A stretch of DNA of 64,000 nucleotides from Thermoanaerobaculia bacterium (GCA_038245905.1 JBBRRY010000016.1:4955-68954), one strand, 5' to 3'; positions 17,942 to 26,545 are shown, counted from the first letter of the stretch. Notes: generated by a model from the sequence alone, not told the origin. Program-made: numbers and translations.

Positions 17942-19761
17942 AGCGAGCCCTCTCTCGCCTCCTCGCCGTTTCGGCTTTCGCGTCCGTATGGCCGGCCTCG
18001 GGCGTCGATTCCGCGGACCTTCGGGCCGGTCGGCGCGTCGTCGTCGTCTCATTCGACGGCGCGAGCGGCCTCGAATTCGGACGGCGACTCACGGCCGGCT
18101 TCTTTTCTCCGAACGGCTTTGCGCGCGCGGCGAAAGAAGGCGAGGCCGCCTCGCGACTGGCCGTGGTCACCCCGTCCCTCACGTCGGTCTCGCACGTCGC
18201 GCTCGCGACCGGCGCGCCGCCCGGCAGGACCGGAATCGTCGGAAACACTTTTCATCCCGCGGGAGCCGCCCTCCTCGAGCGGCGCAGGGGCTTCGACGTC
18301 GATCCCGAGGTCGAAACACTTTGGGAGGCGGCCGCCCGACAGGGCAAGCGCGTGGCATCTCTCAGCTTCCCGGGCGCCTCTCAACGGACGGCTCGCACGC
18401 GCACGGCTCTGGCCCTGAACTACAACGAGGCGTTCCCGAAGGGCATCTTCTGGAAGGGGCCTCTCGCCTCGACTCCTTTCGCCGCCGTCTCGAAGCTGCC
18501 GGCGGGAGTCGCCTCGTTCTCGCCAGCAAAGTCGTTCGACCTCGACGGGCTTCCCTTTCTCATCCTCGACTCCACGGACGACGGCGTAACGAACTACGAC
18601 ACGCTCGCCGTCCTCTCGGCGGACGGAACCGCGCGCGCAGAGGCCCGTGTGGGCGGCTGGTTTCCCATCTCCGAGCGCCGGGACGACGGAGTCGATACGG
18701 GGGTCCTCTTCGGCCGCTGGTCGAAGCTCCTCGCGCTTGCCCCGGATGTGTCCACGGTCTCGCTCTATCTCGGCGATCGCTATCGCACGGTGGCGAACCC
18801 CCCGGAGTTCCGGCGCGCGATCGAGGAGAGGGCCGGCTTCTGGCCGGGCCTGCCCGACATGGCCTTCCTCCGGCGGACCGATCCCGACATTCCGAGCTTT
18901 CTCGAGCAGGCGCGACGTCTCACGCGCTTCTTCGTGGACGCATTCGACGTGGCCGACCGCCGGAGCGACTGGGACCTCCTGCTCGCCTACATCCCGATCC
19001 TCGACGAATGCGAGCACGACCTGCTCGTGACCGACCCCGCGCAGCCCTTCTATACGAAGGCGCTCGCGGCAAAGACGGCCGCCGCCCTCGACGAGGCCTG
19101 GCACGCGGCAGACGAGGCCGCGGCGCGCTACCTGAAGTTTCGGGAGAAGGGAGACGTCTTCTTCGTGTCCGACCATGGCATGCGCGCCATGACACGGTCG
19201 ATCTACCCTGCCGCGATCCTCGCGCGCGCGGGCCTCCTCAAGCTCGCGCCCGGACCCCACGGCCGTCTCGAAACGGCGCCGGACTCGCCGCTCGACTTCA
19301 TCGCCGCGAGCGGAGGCACGGGCTTCGTGGTCGTGAACCGCGCGGGCCTGCCCGGAGGCGTCGTGCCGGAGGGCGAAGCCGAAGCCATCGTCTCGAACGC
19401 CGCCGCGGTTCTCCGCGCCACGAAGGATGAAAAGGGAGCATCCGTCTTCGCCTTCGTGGCCGCGAGGATGGAGGCAGCGGCGCTCGGCCTCGGTCACCCG
19501 AACGCGGGCGACCTCGTGCTCATCGCGGCGGGCCCGCGTTATCTGCGCGGCGACCTTCCGGCGGGCGGAGACCTGGCGGCTCTCGGCCCGCCCGAGGTCC
19601 CCGGCCAGCACGGATTCGATGCCGATCCGGCTCTCGACGGCCTGTACCTTCACGTGGGGGACGGCGTCGGATCCCGGCGCCTCGGTGTCGTGCGCGAGCT
19701 GGACGTGGCAGGCCTCGTCGCCGCCCGCCTCGGCATCGCGCCGCCGGGACAGCTGCCGTGA
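17932..19761 (+). CDS. Alkaline-phosphatase-superfamily type I phosphodiesterase / nucleotide pyrophosphatase (NPP)-like secreted protein
   Basis: MALKRALSRLLAVSAFASVWPASG (signal peptide), VVVVSFDG, PSLTSVSHVALATGAPPGRTGIVGNTF (metal-ligand/nucleophile region of NPP/AlkP enzymes) and FVSDHGM are present. The ATG at 17932 overlaps the CHAD stop. Confidence 0.75.
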   Translation: MALKRALSRLLAVSAFASVWPASGVDSADLRAGRRVVVVSFDGASGLEFGRRLTAGFFSPNGFARAAKEGEAASRLAVVTPSLTSVSHVALATGAPPGRTGIVGNTFHPAGAALLERRRGFDVDPEVETLWEAAARQGKRVASLSFPGASQRTARTRTALALNYNEAFPKGIFWKGPLASTPFAAVSKLPAGVASFSPAKSFDLDGLPFLILDSTDDGVTNYDTLAVLSADGTARAEARVGGWFPISERRDDGVDTGVLFGRWSKLLALAPDVSTVSLYLGDRYRTVANPPEFRRAIEERAGFWPGLPDMAFLRRTDPDIPSFLEQARRLTRFFVDAFDVADRRSDWDLLLAYIPILDECEHDLLVTDPAQPFYTKALAAKTAAALDEAWHAADEAAARYLKFREKGDVFFVSDHGMRAMTRSIYPAAILARAGLLKLAPGPHGRLETAPDSPLDFIAASGGTGFVVVNRAGLPGGVVPEGEAEAIVSNAAAVLRATKDEKGASVFAFVAARMEAAALGLGHPNAGDLVLIAAGPRYLRGDLPAGGDLAALGPPEVPGQHGFDADPALDGLYLHVGDGVGSRRLGVVRELDVAGLVAARLGIAPPGQLP

Positions 19762-20411
19762 TCGCGCCCGCCGTACCTGTCATCCCCGTCGCGTGGGTTG
19801 CATCGTCCGCAGACGTTGCGATTCAACCTCCGTGGACGCTCTCCGGACTGGACGGCGCGCCCGCAAGGTTCGTCGAGACCCGTGTGCGCTTAGCCGCCAC
19901 GGCGGAGCAGTTCGTCGTCCTCTTCGAGTCCACAGCCGAACCGCCGCTTACCGTCGAGCGCCGGCGCGGCGAGGACGTCTTCGATGACGAATGCGTCGAG
20001 CTCTTCCTTTGCCCGCCCGAGGAGCCATACCAGTACCAGGAAGTCGTCGTCAATCCGGCCGGCGCCGTCTACGCGGCACGCGTCGTGAACCCGCACGACA
20101 GCCGCCGAACGTGGAACGTCGTCAGGGGAGAGCCCCCGGCCGGAGTCTTCATCGACGCGCAGGGAGATCCGGCGGCGGGTCCGGCGACGGCGTGGATGCG
20201 ATGGAGCTGTCGTCTCGCCATTCCGTGGTCGTCCCTTCCTCCCGGTCTCCCGCCGGCGCCCGGCGAAGAGAGGCGTGGAAACGTCACACGGATCGCGCGC
20301 GGGCGTTCGACGGAATTCCTCGTGCTCTCGCCGACGTTTCGCGCGAATCCGCCGGACTTTCACGTGCCGAGCCGTTTCGCGCGGTTCGTCTTCGGCACGC
20401 GACCGGCCTGA
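19758..20411 (+). CDS. CBM9-like (carbohydrate-binding family 9 / DOMON-like) domain protein
   Basis: VFDDECVELFLCP and the surrounding beta-strand pattern resemble CBM9-like domains. The GTG start overlaps the phosphodiesterase stop (GTGA). Confidence 0.5.
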   Translation: MIAPAVPVIPVAWVASSADVAIQPPWTLSGLDGAPARFVETRVRLAATAEQFVVLFESTAEPPLTVERRRGEDVFDDECVELFLCPPEEPYQYQEVVVNPAGAVYAARVVNPHDSRRTWNVVRGEPPAGVFIDAQGDPAAGPATAWMRWSCRLAIPWSSLPPGLPPAPGEERRGNVTRIARGRSTEFLVLSPTFRANPPDFHVPSRFARFVFGTRPA

Positions 20412-20416
20412 TCGCT

Positions 20417-20839
20417 TCAGGCGTCAGTTGCGGGCGTTTCGTCCAGGGAAATCCCCTGCGCGGTGAGCCAGACGCGAAGCTCCTCCCGAACCCGCCGGGC
20501 CCGGAACACGAACCAGGCCTCTTCGTCGTTCGGGAACGCGAGGAGCACGTCGCGGAAGGCCCCCGGGCCACCGGACTCGAGGGCGAGGAGCGCCTTCTCA
20601 CGCGCGGCCGCGCTCTCCATCTTCGGCGCGAAGGCGCGGCAGCGCGTCGTGTCGACCTCCGCGGTGGACTTCGGGATCCTGAGAAATCGACCCGAGCGCT
20701 CGTGAAGAAGCGCTTCGCGCAGCTCCGGCGAGCCATTCAGGTGCGCGTGCACCTCGCCCGATGCGCGATCGAGGAAGTGATTCATGAGCATCGAACGCGC
20801 CGCGAACGCGACGGTGAGCCCTTCCCAGTCGAGTTCCAT
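20417..20839 (-). CDS. UPF0158-family protein
   Basis: The internal ATG at 20837-20839 gives MELDWEGLTVAFAARSMLMNHFLDRASGEVHA... of about 140 aa, a pattern I recognise as UPF0158. The longer ORF-track N-terminus is unlikely to be real. Confidence 0.55.
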   Translation of the reverse strand: MELDWEGLTVAFAARSMLMNHFLDRASGEVHAHLNGSPELREALLHERSGRFLRIPKSTAEVDTTRCRAFAPKMESAAAREKALLALESGGPGAFRDVLLAFPNDEEAWFVFRARRVREELRVWLTAQGISLDETPATDA

Positions 20840-21989
20840 GAGACAAGTATGGTATCCCCGCCGTGTGCAGACCGCGCCCCGAAGCGACGTGACGCGCCGC
20901 CTCGCGCGCTGGTATCGCGCACACAAGCGCGATCTACCATGGCGCCGGACGCGTGACCCGTACGCGATCTGGCTCTCTGAAGTGATGGCGCAGCAGACGA
21001 CTCTCGAGGTCGTGGTGCCGCGCTGGAAACGCTTTCGCCGCCGCTTCCCGAAAGTCGACGCCCTCGCGCGGGCTCCTGAGCGGGCGGTGCTCGCCGAGTG
21101 GAGCGGCCTCGGGTATTACGAGCGCGCCCGAAACCTCCAGCGCGCGGCAAAGGCCGTCGTGGAGGCAGGATCCTTTCCGCGCACGCTCGAGGGCTGGCGC
21201 GCACTGCCGGGCGTCGGCGCTTACACGGCGGCCGCGCTCTCGTCGATCTGCTTCGGCGTCCCCGAGCCGGTCGTGGACGGCAACGTCGTGCGCGTCCTCT
21301 GCCGCCTCCACGGCCTCCGGCTCGACCCGAAGGCGCCCGCGACGCTCGCGAAGGTGCGGTCGCTCGCGCGGCCGCTCGTACCCGCGCGGAATCCAGGCGC
21401 CCACAACCAGGCCCTCATGGAGCTAGGCGCACTCGTGTGCACTCCACGGACCCCACTCTGCGGCGAGTGCCCGCTTCGCCCGCTCTGCCGAGCCGCGGCG
21501 CTCGGGACGCCGGAGGCGTTCCCGCGCGCCGGGAAGCGTCCACCCAAGAAGGCGATCCATCTCGCCGCGGGCCTCGTCCGTAGAGACGGGAGATTTCTTC
21601 TCGTTGAAGACCGGGAGATGGTCGACGGCCAGCTCGTGCCCCCGATGTTTCCGGTTCGCGCTGGGAAACCGTCTGCGAATTCTCTTAGAAGGGGGTGGAA
21701 GCGGCTCACGGGTCGCGAGCCTGGCGCGCTCGAGACCGTGGCGACGATTCGCCATTCGGTGCTCGAAAGGCGCTATCTCGTTTCCCTCTTCACCTTCAAA
21801 GAAAATCCCACGTCGCCTTCGCGCTGCCTGCCACTCGACGCAGGTCGATTCCGTCTCTTCTCTCCGAGCCAGATCTCCCGCCACGCCCACGGCGGCCTCC
21901 TGCTCAAGGTGCTCGCGGCGTGGCGGGAGCACCGTGCCAGGGTCAGACGGGGGCCGGACCGGGGCCCTCCCGGGGCACGCAGACACTGA
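20838..21989 (+). CDS. mutY: A/G-specific adenine DNA glycosylase (MutY)
   Basis: WYRAHKRDLPWRRTRDPYAIWLSEVMAQQT, GLGYYERARNL, LPGVGAYTAAA (HhH-GPD) and the 4Fe-4S cluster loop CTPRTPLCGECPLRPLC are present, followed by a NUDIX-like C-terminal domain. The start is ATG 20838 or GTG 20865/20892. Confidence 0.9.
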   Translation: MRQVWYPRRVQTAPRSDVTRRLARWYRAHKRDLPWRRTRDPYAIWLSEVMAQQTTLEVVVPRWKRFRRRFPKVDALARAPERAVLAEWSGLGYYERARNLQRAAKAVVEAGSFPRTLEGWRALPGVGAYTAAALSSICFGVPEPVVDGNVVRVLCRLHGLRLDPKAPATLAKVRSLARPLVPARNPGAHNQALMELGALVCTPRTPLCGECPLRPLCRAAALGTPEAFPRAGKRPPKKAIHLAAGLVRRDGRFLLVEDREMVDGQLVPPMFPVRAGKPSANSLRRGWKRLTGREPGALETVATIRHSVLERRYLVSLFTFKENPTSPSRCLPLDAGRFRLFSPSQISRHAHGGLLLKVLAAWREHRARVRRGPDRGPPGARRH

Positions 21990-22596
21990 TCCGCCACGGG
22001 TCGCCACGCCCGATCTCGATACCGCACTTCTCGTCGTACGCATGGGAGAGGCGACGGCGGAGGGCTCGATGGCGCGAGGGCTTCCATAGAGAGAACACGA
22101 AGACGCCGTGCCGGGAAAGTAGGGGCGCAAAGCGGCGGAGCGTCACGAGCGGGTTGTCGAGGTAATAGAGGACCTCGCTGAAGACCGCCGCATCGACAGA
22201 TCCGGGCAACAAGAAGGAAGGCGGCCCCGCTTCCACGTCGAGGGCGTGGAATGACTCCCCCGGCGCGCAGTCCTCGCCGGCGCGCCGGATCGCCTCGTTG
22301 GAAATGTCGAGCCCCAAGTAGCCACCTCTCGCGTCGCCCCGCGTCTGGCAGGCGAGCGCGCCATGGCCGCATCCGACATCCAGCACGAATGGCCGCACCG
22401 GGGCGAATTGGAAAACAAGCGATGCGATCCAGGCGTGGCGCTCGGTCTCGGCGACGAGTCCGTCCCATACTCCCGCGCGGTACTGTAGATCCCACGTCGC
22501 CGCAGGCCTCGGCTTGCCGCGGCCCAGCAAGCGCCGCCGGAGGGACCGACGGAGCGACGCCAGCCCCAAGGTCGGGAGGCTGAAACCCACTTTCAC
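21943..22596 (-). CDS. Class I SAM-dependent methyltransferase
   Basis: VLDVGCGHGALA (motif I) and GLDISNEAIRRA (motif II) are present. The probable GTG start is near 22596, and the ORF-track N-terminal extension is unlikely. Confidence 0.7.
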   Translation of the reverse strand: MKVGFSLPTLGLASLRRSLRRRLLGRGKPRPAATWDLQYRAGVWDGLVAETERHAWIASLVFQFAPVRPFVLDVGCGHGALACQTRGDARGGYLGLDISNEAIRRAGEDCAPGESFHALDVEAGPPSFLLPGSVDAAVFSEVLYYLDNPLVTLRRFAPLLSRHGVFVFSLWKPSRHRALRRRLSHAYDEKCGIEIGRGDPWRISVCVPREGPGPAPV

Positions 22597-22654
22597 AAGA
22601 GCCGCATCAGCATATCGCGTGTCGAGGGGAGCTCTTTCGCTATCCTGAGCGCCG

Positions 22655-24481
22655 ATGGCGCGCCCGGTTCCGATGAGCCCCGAGACGCTGGCGCCGGGCG
22701 ACGGCGACGGTGGCCGCCTCGTTCCAGCCGGCATCGTCCTCGCGCTCGCCCTCCCGTTCGTCGTCTTCTCGCCGGCCTCCAGCGACGCGCTTCGCGAGTC
22801 GAAGATCCTCGTTCAGGCCCTCGGCGCGTCGCTCGCCCTCCTCGGCCTCGCACGCGCCACGCGCCTTCCCGCGCCCGGCCGTGGCCTGGCCGCTCGCGTC
22901 GTCCTCTTCGGCCTGGGCGCGACTCTCACTCTCGCGCTTCTGTCGGCCATCGCGAACGCAAACGTGGTGGATCCGCTCACGGCAGCCGCCGTACTCTCTC
23001 CGCTCGCGCTCCTCTTCCTCGGAGCGTCGGCGGCCGGGGCCGAGGTCGCGCCTGCCGCCCTCACGACGCTGATGACGGCCGGAGCGATGACGGGCGCGCT
23101 CGCCGCCCTTCAGCGGTGGGCGGGACTCTTCCGGATGCCGCTCGACGTTCCCGAGCCCCGATTCCTGGCGGCGGGCCTGATCGGAAACGCCGGGGATGTC
23201 GGAATGGCGCTCGTCTTGCCCGCTCTCCTTCTCTTTGCGTCGGGCGCGACGTCCGGGACGACCCGAACCCGGGCTCTCTCCGTTCTCGGCCTCCTCTTCG
23301 CCCTTCTCGGTCTCCTCGCGACCGAGGCCGTCGGGCCGACTCTCGTCTTCGGCGCAGGCGCCATTTTCTATGTCGTGCTCGACTTTCCGAGGCGACGATT
23401 CGCGCTCCTCGTGCTCCTGGCGGCGGCATTGCTCGCGGGGGCGACCGGCGCCGGACGGCGCGCCCTCGTGAAGCTCAAGCAACTGCGCACCGGTGAAGTC
23501 GCCACGGCGACCACCCAGCGCGACATCGGCCTCTTCGCGGCCCTGGAGATGGTTCGCGCGCAACCGATTCTCGGCGCGGGACCGGGGGCGTTCTCGAACC
23601 GCTTCGTGCCCGCGCGCCTCGCAGCCGAGGAGCGGACCGGCCGGCGTCTCGTGCATCGGAGCGGCTCGGCTCACTTCGACAATGCCCACAGCGAGCCCGT
23701 CACATTCGCCGCCGAAGTTGGCGTGCCCGCCGCATGTGCGGCGTGCGTGGCTGTTCTTGCGCTCTTTTCGGGTCTCTTCTCCCGCCGGGAGGAAGCACCG
23801 GCCTCTTATCCTCCGGCAGACGCGCTTCTCGCGTCGCTTCTCGGCGTCGCGTTCCTCGCCCTCGGCGACTTTCCGTTGCGGATCGCGGTTGCCTCCGGGC
23901 CCGCCGCGTTCCTGGCGGGTCTCGCGTTTCGGCGCATCGCTTCCGGACGGGAAGCGCCTTCCAACCGCTTGACTCGCTCAGTTGTTGGGGCATGGGCGCT
24001 GCTTCTCGTCGCCCTCGCGGGCGTGCGTTCATTCACCACCTTCGAGCAGGCCGCGGGCGAGAGCTTCCTCCGCAACGCTGCCTCGGCGCCCGAGGAGGCC
24101 GGGCCGGAACGCGCCGAGCTCCTCTCCGCAGCCGACTCGCGGCTGGGGCTCGTCGTGGCGCTTCGTCCCCGGGCCGCGACGGCCCTCCTCGCGTCGGGCT
24201 CGGTGCAGTCTCTCAAGGGCGAGCGCGAACGGGCCTACGCCCTCTATGCGCGATCCGCGGGTCTCGAGGAACGTGCCGAGGGCGACCTCAATCTCGGCAG
24301 GGCGGCCGCGGCTCTCGGGCGTCTGGAAGAAGCGCGGACCCTCTTTGCACGAACGGTGTGGATCCAGCCCCGGCTCCTCGATGCGCTACCGCCTGAAGAG
24401 CGGGAACGCGCCGCCGCCGCCGTCAAGAAGGCCGAGGAAGGTCTGGGGCACGGGGGAAAGATCCCTCCTCTGCCGCGATGA
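22655..24481 (+). CDS. O-antigen ligase (Wzy_C/WaaL)-like polytopic membrane protein with a C-terminal TPR region
   Basis: It has ten or more TM segments. The conserved loop RSGSAHFDNAHSEPVTFAAEVGVPA matches the O-antigen ligase H-x...H-N motif. The C-terminal 150 aa are helical TPR-like (ALYARSAGLEERAEGDLNLGRAAAALGRLEEARTLF). Confidence 0.7.
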   Translation: MARPVPMSPETLAPGDGDGGRLVPAGIVLALALPFVVFSPASSDALRESKILVQALGASLALLGLARATRLPAPGRGLAARVVLFGLGATLTLALLSAIANANVVDPLTAAAVLSPLALLFLGASAAGAEVAPAALTTLMTAGAMTGALAALQRWAGLFRMPLDVPEPRFLAAGLIGNAGDVGMALVLPALLLFASGATSGTTRTRALSVLGLLFALLGLLATEAVGPTLVFGAGAIFYVVLDFPRRRFALLVLLAAALLAGATGAGRRALVKLKQLRTGEVATATTQRDIGLFAALEMVRAQPILGAGPGAFSNRFVPARLAAEERTGRRLVHRSGSAHFDNAHSEPVTFAAEVGVPAACAACVAVLALFSGLFSRREEAPASYPPADALLASLLGVAFLALGDFPLRIAVASGPAAFLAGLAFRRIASGREAPSNRLTRSVVGAWALLLVALAGVRSFTTFEQAAGESFLRNAASAPEEAGPERAELLSAADSRLGLVVALRPRAATALLASGSVQSLKGERERAYALYARSAGLEERAEGDLNLGRAAAALGRLEEARTLFARTVWIQPRLLDALPPEERERAAAAVKKAEEGLGHGGKIPPLPR

Positions 24482-24507
24482 GCGAGCCTCGAGACCCGGT
24501 CGAATCT

Positions 24508-24897
24508 CTATTCCGTCGTCTTGCCGTCGAAGTGCTCGTTGTCCGCTTCCGCGTCCTTGCGGGTGTGGTGGACGACGCCGTCTCGATGGTTCGGCGGCGC
24601 ATAGAGCGTATAGAGCTTCAATGGGACATTGCCGGTGTTGACGATGTTGTGATTGCTTCCCGCCGGCACAAGCACCGAAAACCCCGCGCTGATCGGGGTA
24701 TGAACCCCATCGAGAACCGCCTCACCCGTTCCCTCCTCCACGCGAAAGAACTGGTCGAGCTTGTGGACTTCCATCCCGATCTCTTCCTTGGACTTCAGAG
24801 CCATGATGACGAGCTGGCAGCTCTTCGCCGTGTAAAGCACCCGGCGAAACTCCTCATTCTTGACGGCGATGCTCTCGATGTTCTGGACGAAGCCTTT
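24508..24897 (-). CDS. Cupin-domain protein
   Basis: The ATG at 24895-24897 gives MKGFVQNIESIAVKNEEFRRVLYTA... with a cupin beta-barrel pattern (GMEVHKLDQFFRVEEGTGEAVLDG...VLVPAGSNHNIVNTG). Confidence 0.7.
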   Translation of the reverse strand, partial: KGFVQNIESIAVKNEEFRRVLYTAKSCQLVIMALKSKEEIGMEVHKLDQFFRVEEGTGEAVLDGVHTPISAGFSVLVPAGSNHNIVNTGNVPLKLYTLYAPPNHRDGVVHHTRKDAEADNEHFDGKTTE

Positions 24898-25322
24898 CAT
24901 GACGAAAACTCCCTCGTTCGATGATGGCCCTCTAGCTGATCGTGGACGTCGAACGTAGAGATCGGGATGTACGCAAATCCAGAGACCCGACGGTGATCGT
25001 TCTCGTCTGCACATGCGAGGGACGAAGTCTCGGCGCGACGTAATACGCCCGTCCCTTCCTGAAGCATGACCTTGGAGGGCCGAAAGACGTAATGCTGGAC
25101 GAGGGCCACTCCGCCTACGCCGAGCGACAGGAGGAGGGCTAATCCGACGGCGCCCAGCAGCAGCAGCCGCACGAACCCTGCGAGAGAAAGAGTAAGAAGT
25201 TCCTCCTCCAGCTCCGGCCGCCCGAGGGCAGGCTGCGTGGACCCGGGGGATGGCAGGCTCCACGCACTTGCGGCTGGAAGGGGACCGCCGCAATGCCGGC
25301 CCAGATCGTGAAAGGGGCTCAT
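24897..25322 (-). CDS. Possible small membrane protein (hypothetical)
   Basis: The ORF contains a convincing TM helix LLTLSLAGFVRLLLLGAVGLALLLSLGVGGVALV immediately upstream of the cupin gene. The start is uncertain and no motif was recognised. Confidence 0.3.
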   Translation of the reverse strand: MSPFHDLGRHCGGPLPAASAWSLPSPGSTQPALGRPELEEELLTLSLAGFVRLLLLGAVGLALLLSLGVGGVALVQHYVFRPSKVMLQEGTGVLRRAETSSLACADENDHRRVSGFAYIPISTFDVHDQLEGHHRTREFSS

Positions 25323-25443
25323 GGGATCTCCCGCGCGCTCACTCCATCAAACGTTCTCGCCATGACGGGGTCAGCGCAAGAGTCGGGCCACGATTCCGGA
25401 TGGCACGTGTCGTGCTCCCCAGCACCATGGAAAGGGGACATCC

Positions 25444-25524
25444 ATGGAAACCATCCTGATCATCCTCGTCGTGGTTCTTCTGCTCGGAGGCGGCGGCTTC
25501 TACTGGCGCGGCAGACGAGGGTAG
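25444..25524 (+). CDS. Unannotated micro-ORF encoding a 26-aa single-TM peptide, METILIILVVVLLLGGGGFYWRGRRG
   Basis: The ATG at 25444 is preceded by aaagggga about 7 nt upstream. It has a hydrophobic helix plus a GGGG-F-Y-W-RGRR tail, and the overall architecture resembles the N-terminal half of lmo0937-family peptides. It is too short for the ORF track. Confidence 0.4.
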   Translation: METILIILVVVLLLGGGGFYWRGRRG

Positions 25525-25582
25525 CCGCGTGCAAGGCGGACGGACAAGTGCCGCCCGCCTTTCGCAGGCACGCTTTGCAGGA

Positions 25583-25615
25583 GAAGAAGGGGCGCCTTAC
25601 AGCCGCCCCTTCTTC
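25583..25615. terminator. Perfect 12-bp GC-rich hairpin (gaagaaggggcg - 9-nt loop - cgccccttcttc)
   Basis: Read directly from the sequence, about 60 nt downstream of the 26-aa micro-ORF stop. There is no U-tract, which is common in high-GC genomes. Confidence 0.45.
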
Positions 25616-25889
25616 CCCCCGTCGAACGACCGGCGCGGACTCGCCGATGTCGGCCTGGGCTCTCTTCACCTACGCCGCGCGGCGCTCTGTTGCGAGGAAC
25701 GTTGCGTTCCCCTTGCAAAAACGCATCCGGGCATAGGGCCGTCCGAAAGAAGGAGGTCTCCGTGACGAGAGCCTCCAATCTGGAAAGGCCGTCTCACGTT
25801 CGGGCTCGTGGGAATTCCTGTTGAGCTCGTTTCGGCGGTGAACGCGAAGGATCGCGGCAGGAGCCCGGAGAGGCTCTGCTCGCTAATCA

Positions 25890-25925
25890 AGATTACAACC
25901 TGCAGCTGGACGAGATTACAACCTG
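25890..25925 (+). promoter_or_regulatory. Two copies of the 13-nt direct repeat agattacaacctg with a centre-to-centre spacing of 23 nt, in the most AT-rich stretch of the window, about 20 nt upstream of a strong RBS
   Basis: Repeats at 25890-25902 and 25913-25925 are followed by gaaggaaggag and the ATG at 25945. Local GC is far below the window average. Confidence 0.4.
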
Positions 25926-25944
25926 TAGAAGGAAGGAGATTCAA

Positions 25945-26067
25945 ATGGATGGTGCCGGCCGCGGATGCCTTGCTTCACTGATCTCGTGGAAGCTCGGCGG
26001 AGGGTTGATCTCGACGATCGTCATCTTCGTCATCGCGTATGCGCTGTTGGGGCACGTGCACTGTTGA
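25945..26067 (+). CDS. Unannotated micro-ORF encoding a 40-aa small membrane protein, MDGAGRGCLASLISWKLGGGLISTIVIFVIAYALLGHVHC
   Basis: A strong Shine-Dalgarno sequence (ggaaggag) lies 7 nt upstream of the ATG, and the peptide has one clear TM helix. It sits directly downstream of the direct-repeat element. Confidence 0.45.
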   Translation: MDGAGRGCLASLISWKLGGGLISTIVIFVIAYALLGHVHC

Positions 26068-26191
26068 GGCCCTCTCTAAACGTCGGCTCTCGACGCTGGT
26101 GCCCTGGCGACGAGCCAACTATGAGGTCCTGATCGGAGGCCCGATTCAGAGCATGGCACACGCGTTGCGATGGCTGGCTCGGGAGGCAGTT

Positions 26192-26527
26192 ATGGAAAGT
26201 GTTCTCAACCCCTCGGCTCAGGATGCAGTACGGAGGGTCGCTAATGATGCGCGAAAAATCGGCACCGAGTTCAAGAGCGATTTCGATCGCGCCGTCGGCA
26301 AGAGTAAGGACTCCGTTGCGGGTCTCGGTGAAAGTCTGCGCGGCGCGGCGGAAGCCGTGGCGGCGTCCGGACGCGAACTCGGCGAGGAGTACCTGAAACG
26401 TGGCCAGAGGCAGGTCTCGCGAACTTCGGAGCGCGTATCCGCATATGCCGACGACAACACCGCCGCGGTGACGATTGGCGCTTTCGGCGCCGGCCTCCTC
26501 GTCGGATATCTCGTAAGCCGTCGTTAG
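26192..26527 (+). CDS. ElaB/YqjD/DUF883-family membrane-anchored stress protein (paralog 1)
   Basis: The ATG at 26192 has gggagg 6 nt upstream. The C-terminus ERVSAYADDNTAAVTIGAFGAGLLVGYLVSRR is the family's YxDDNxxxxIxxAxGxGxLxGxL tail anchor. Confidence 0.75.
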   Translation: MESVLNPSAQDAVRRVANDARKIGTEFKSDFDRAVGKSKDSVAGLGESLRGAAEAVAASGRELGEEYLKRGQRQVSRTSERVSAYADDNTAAVTIGAFGAGLLVGYLVSRR

Positions 26528-26545
26528 ACCAGGAAGGAGTCACAA

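Noticed and set aside
25762-25824. 20-codon ORF (VTRASNLERPSHVRARGNSC) with a near-perfect Shine-Dalgarno gaaagaaggagg 6 nt upstream of a GTG
   Set aside because: It is too short and hydrophilic to support on sequence alone. It could be a leader peptide or a chance occurrence. It is recorded only as part of the unusual 25.5-26.0 kb intergenic region.
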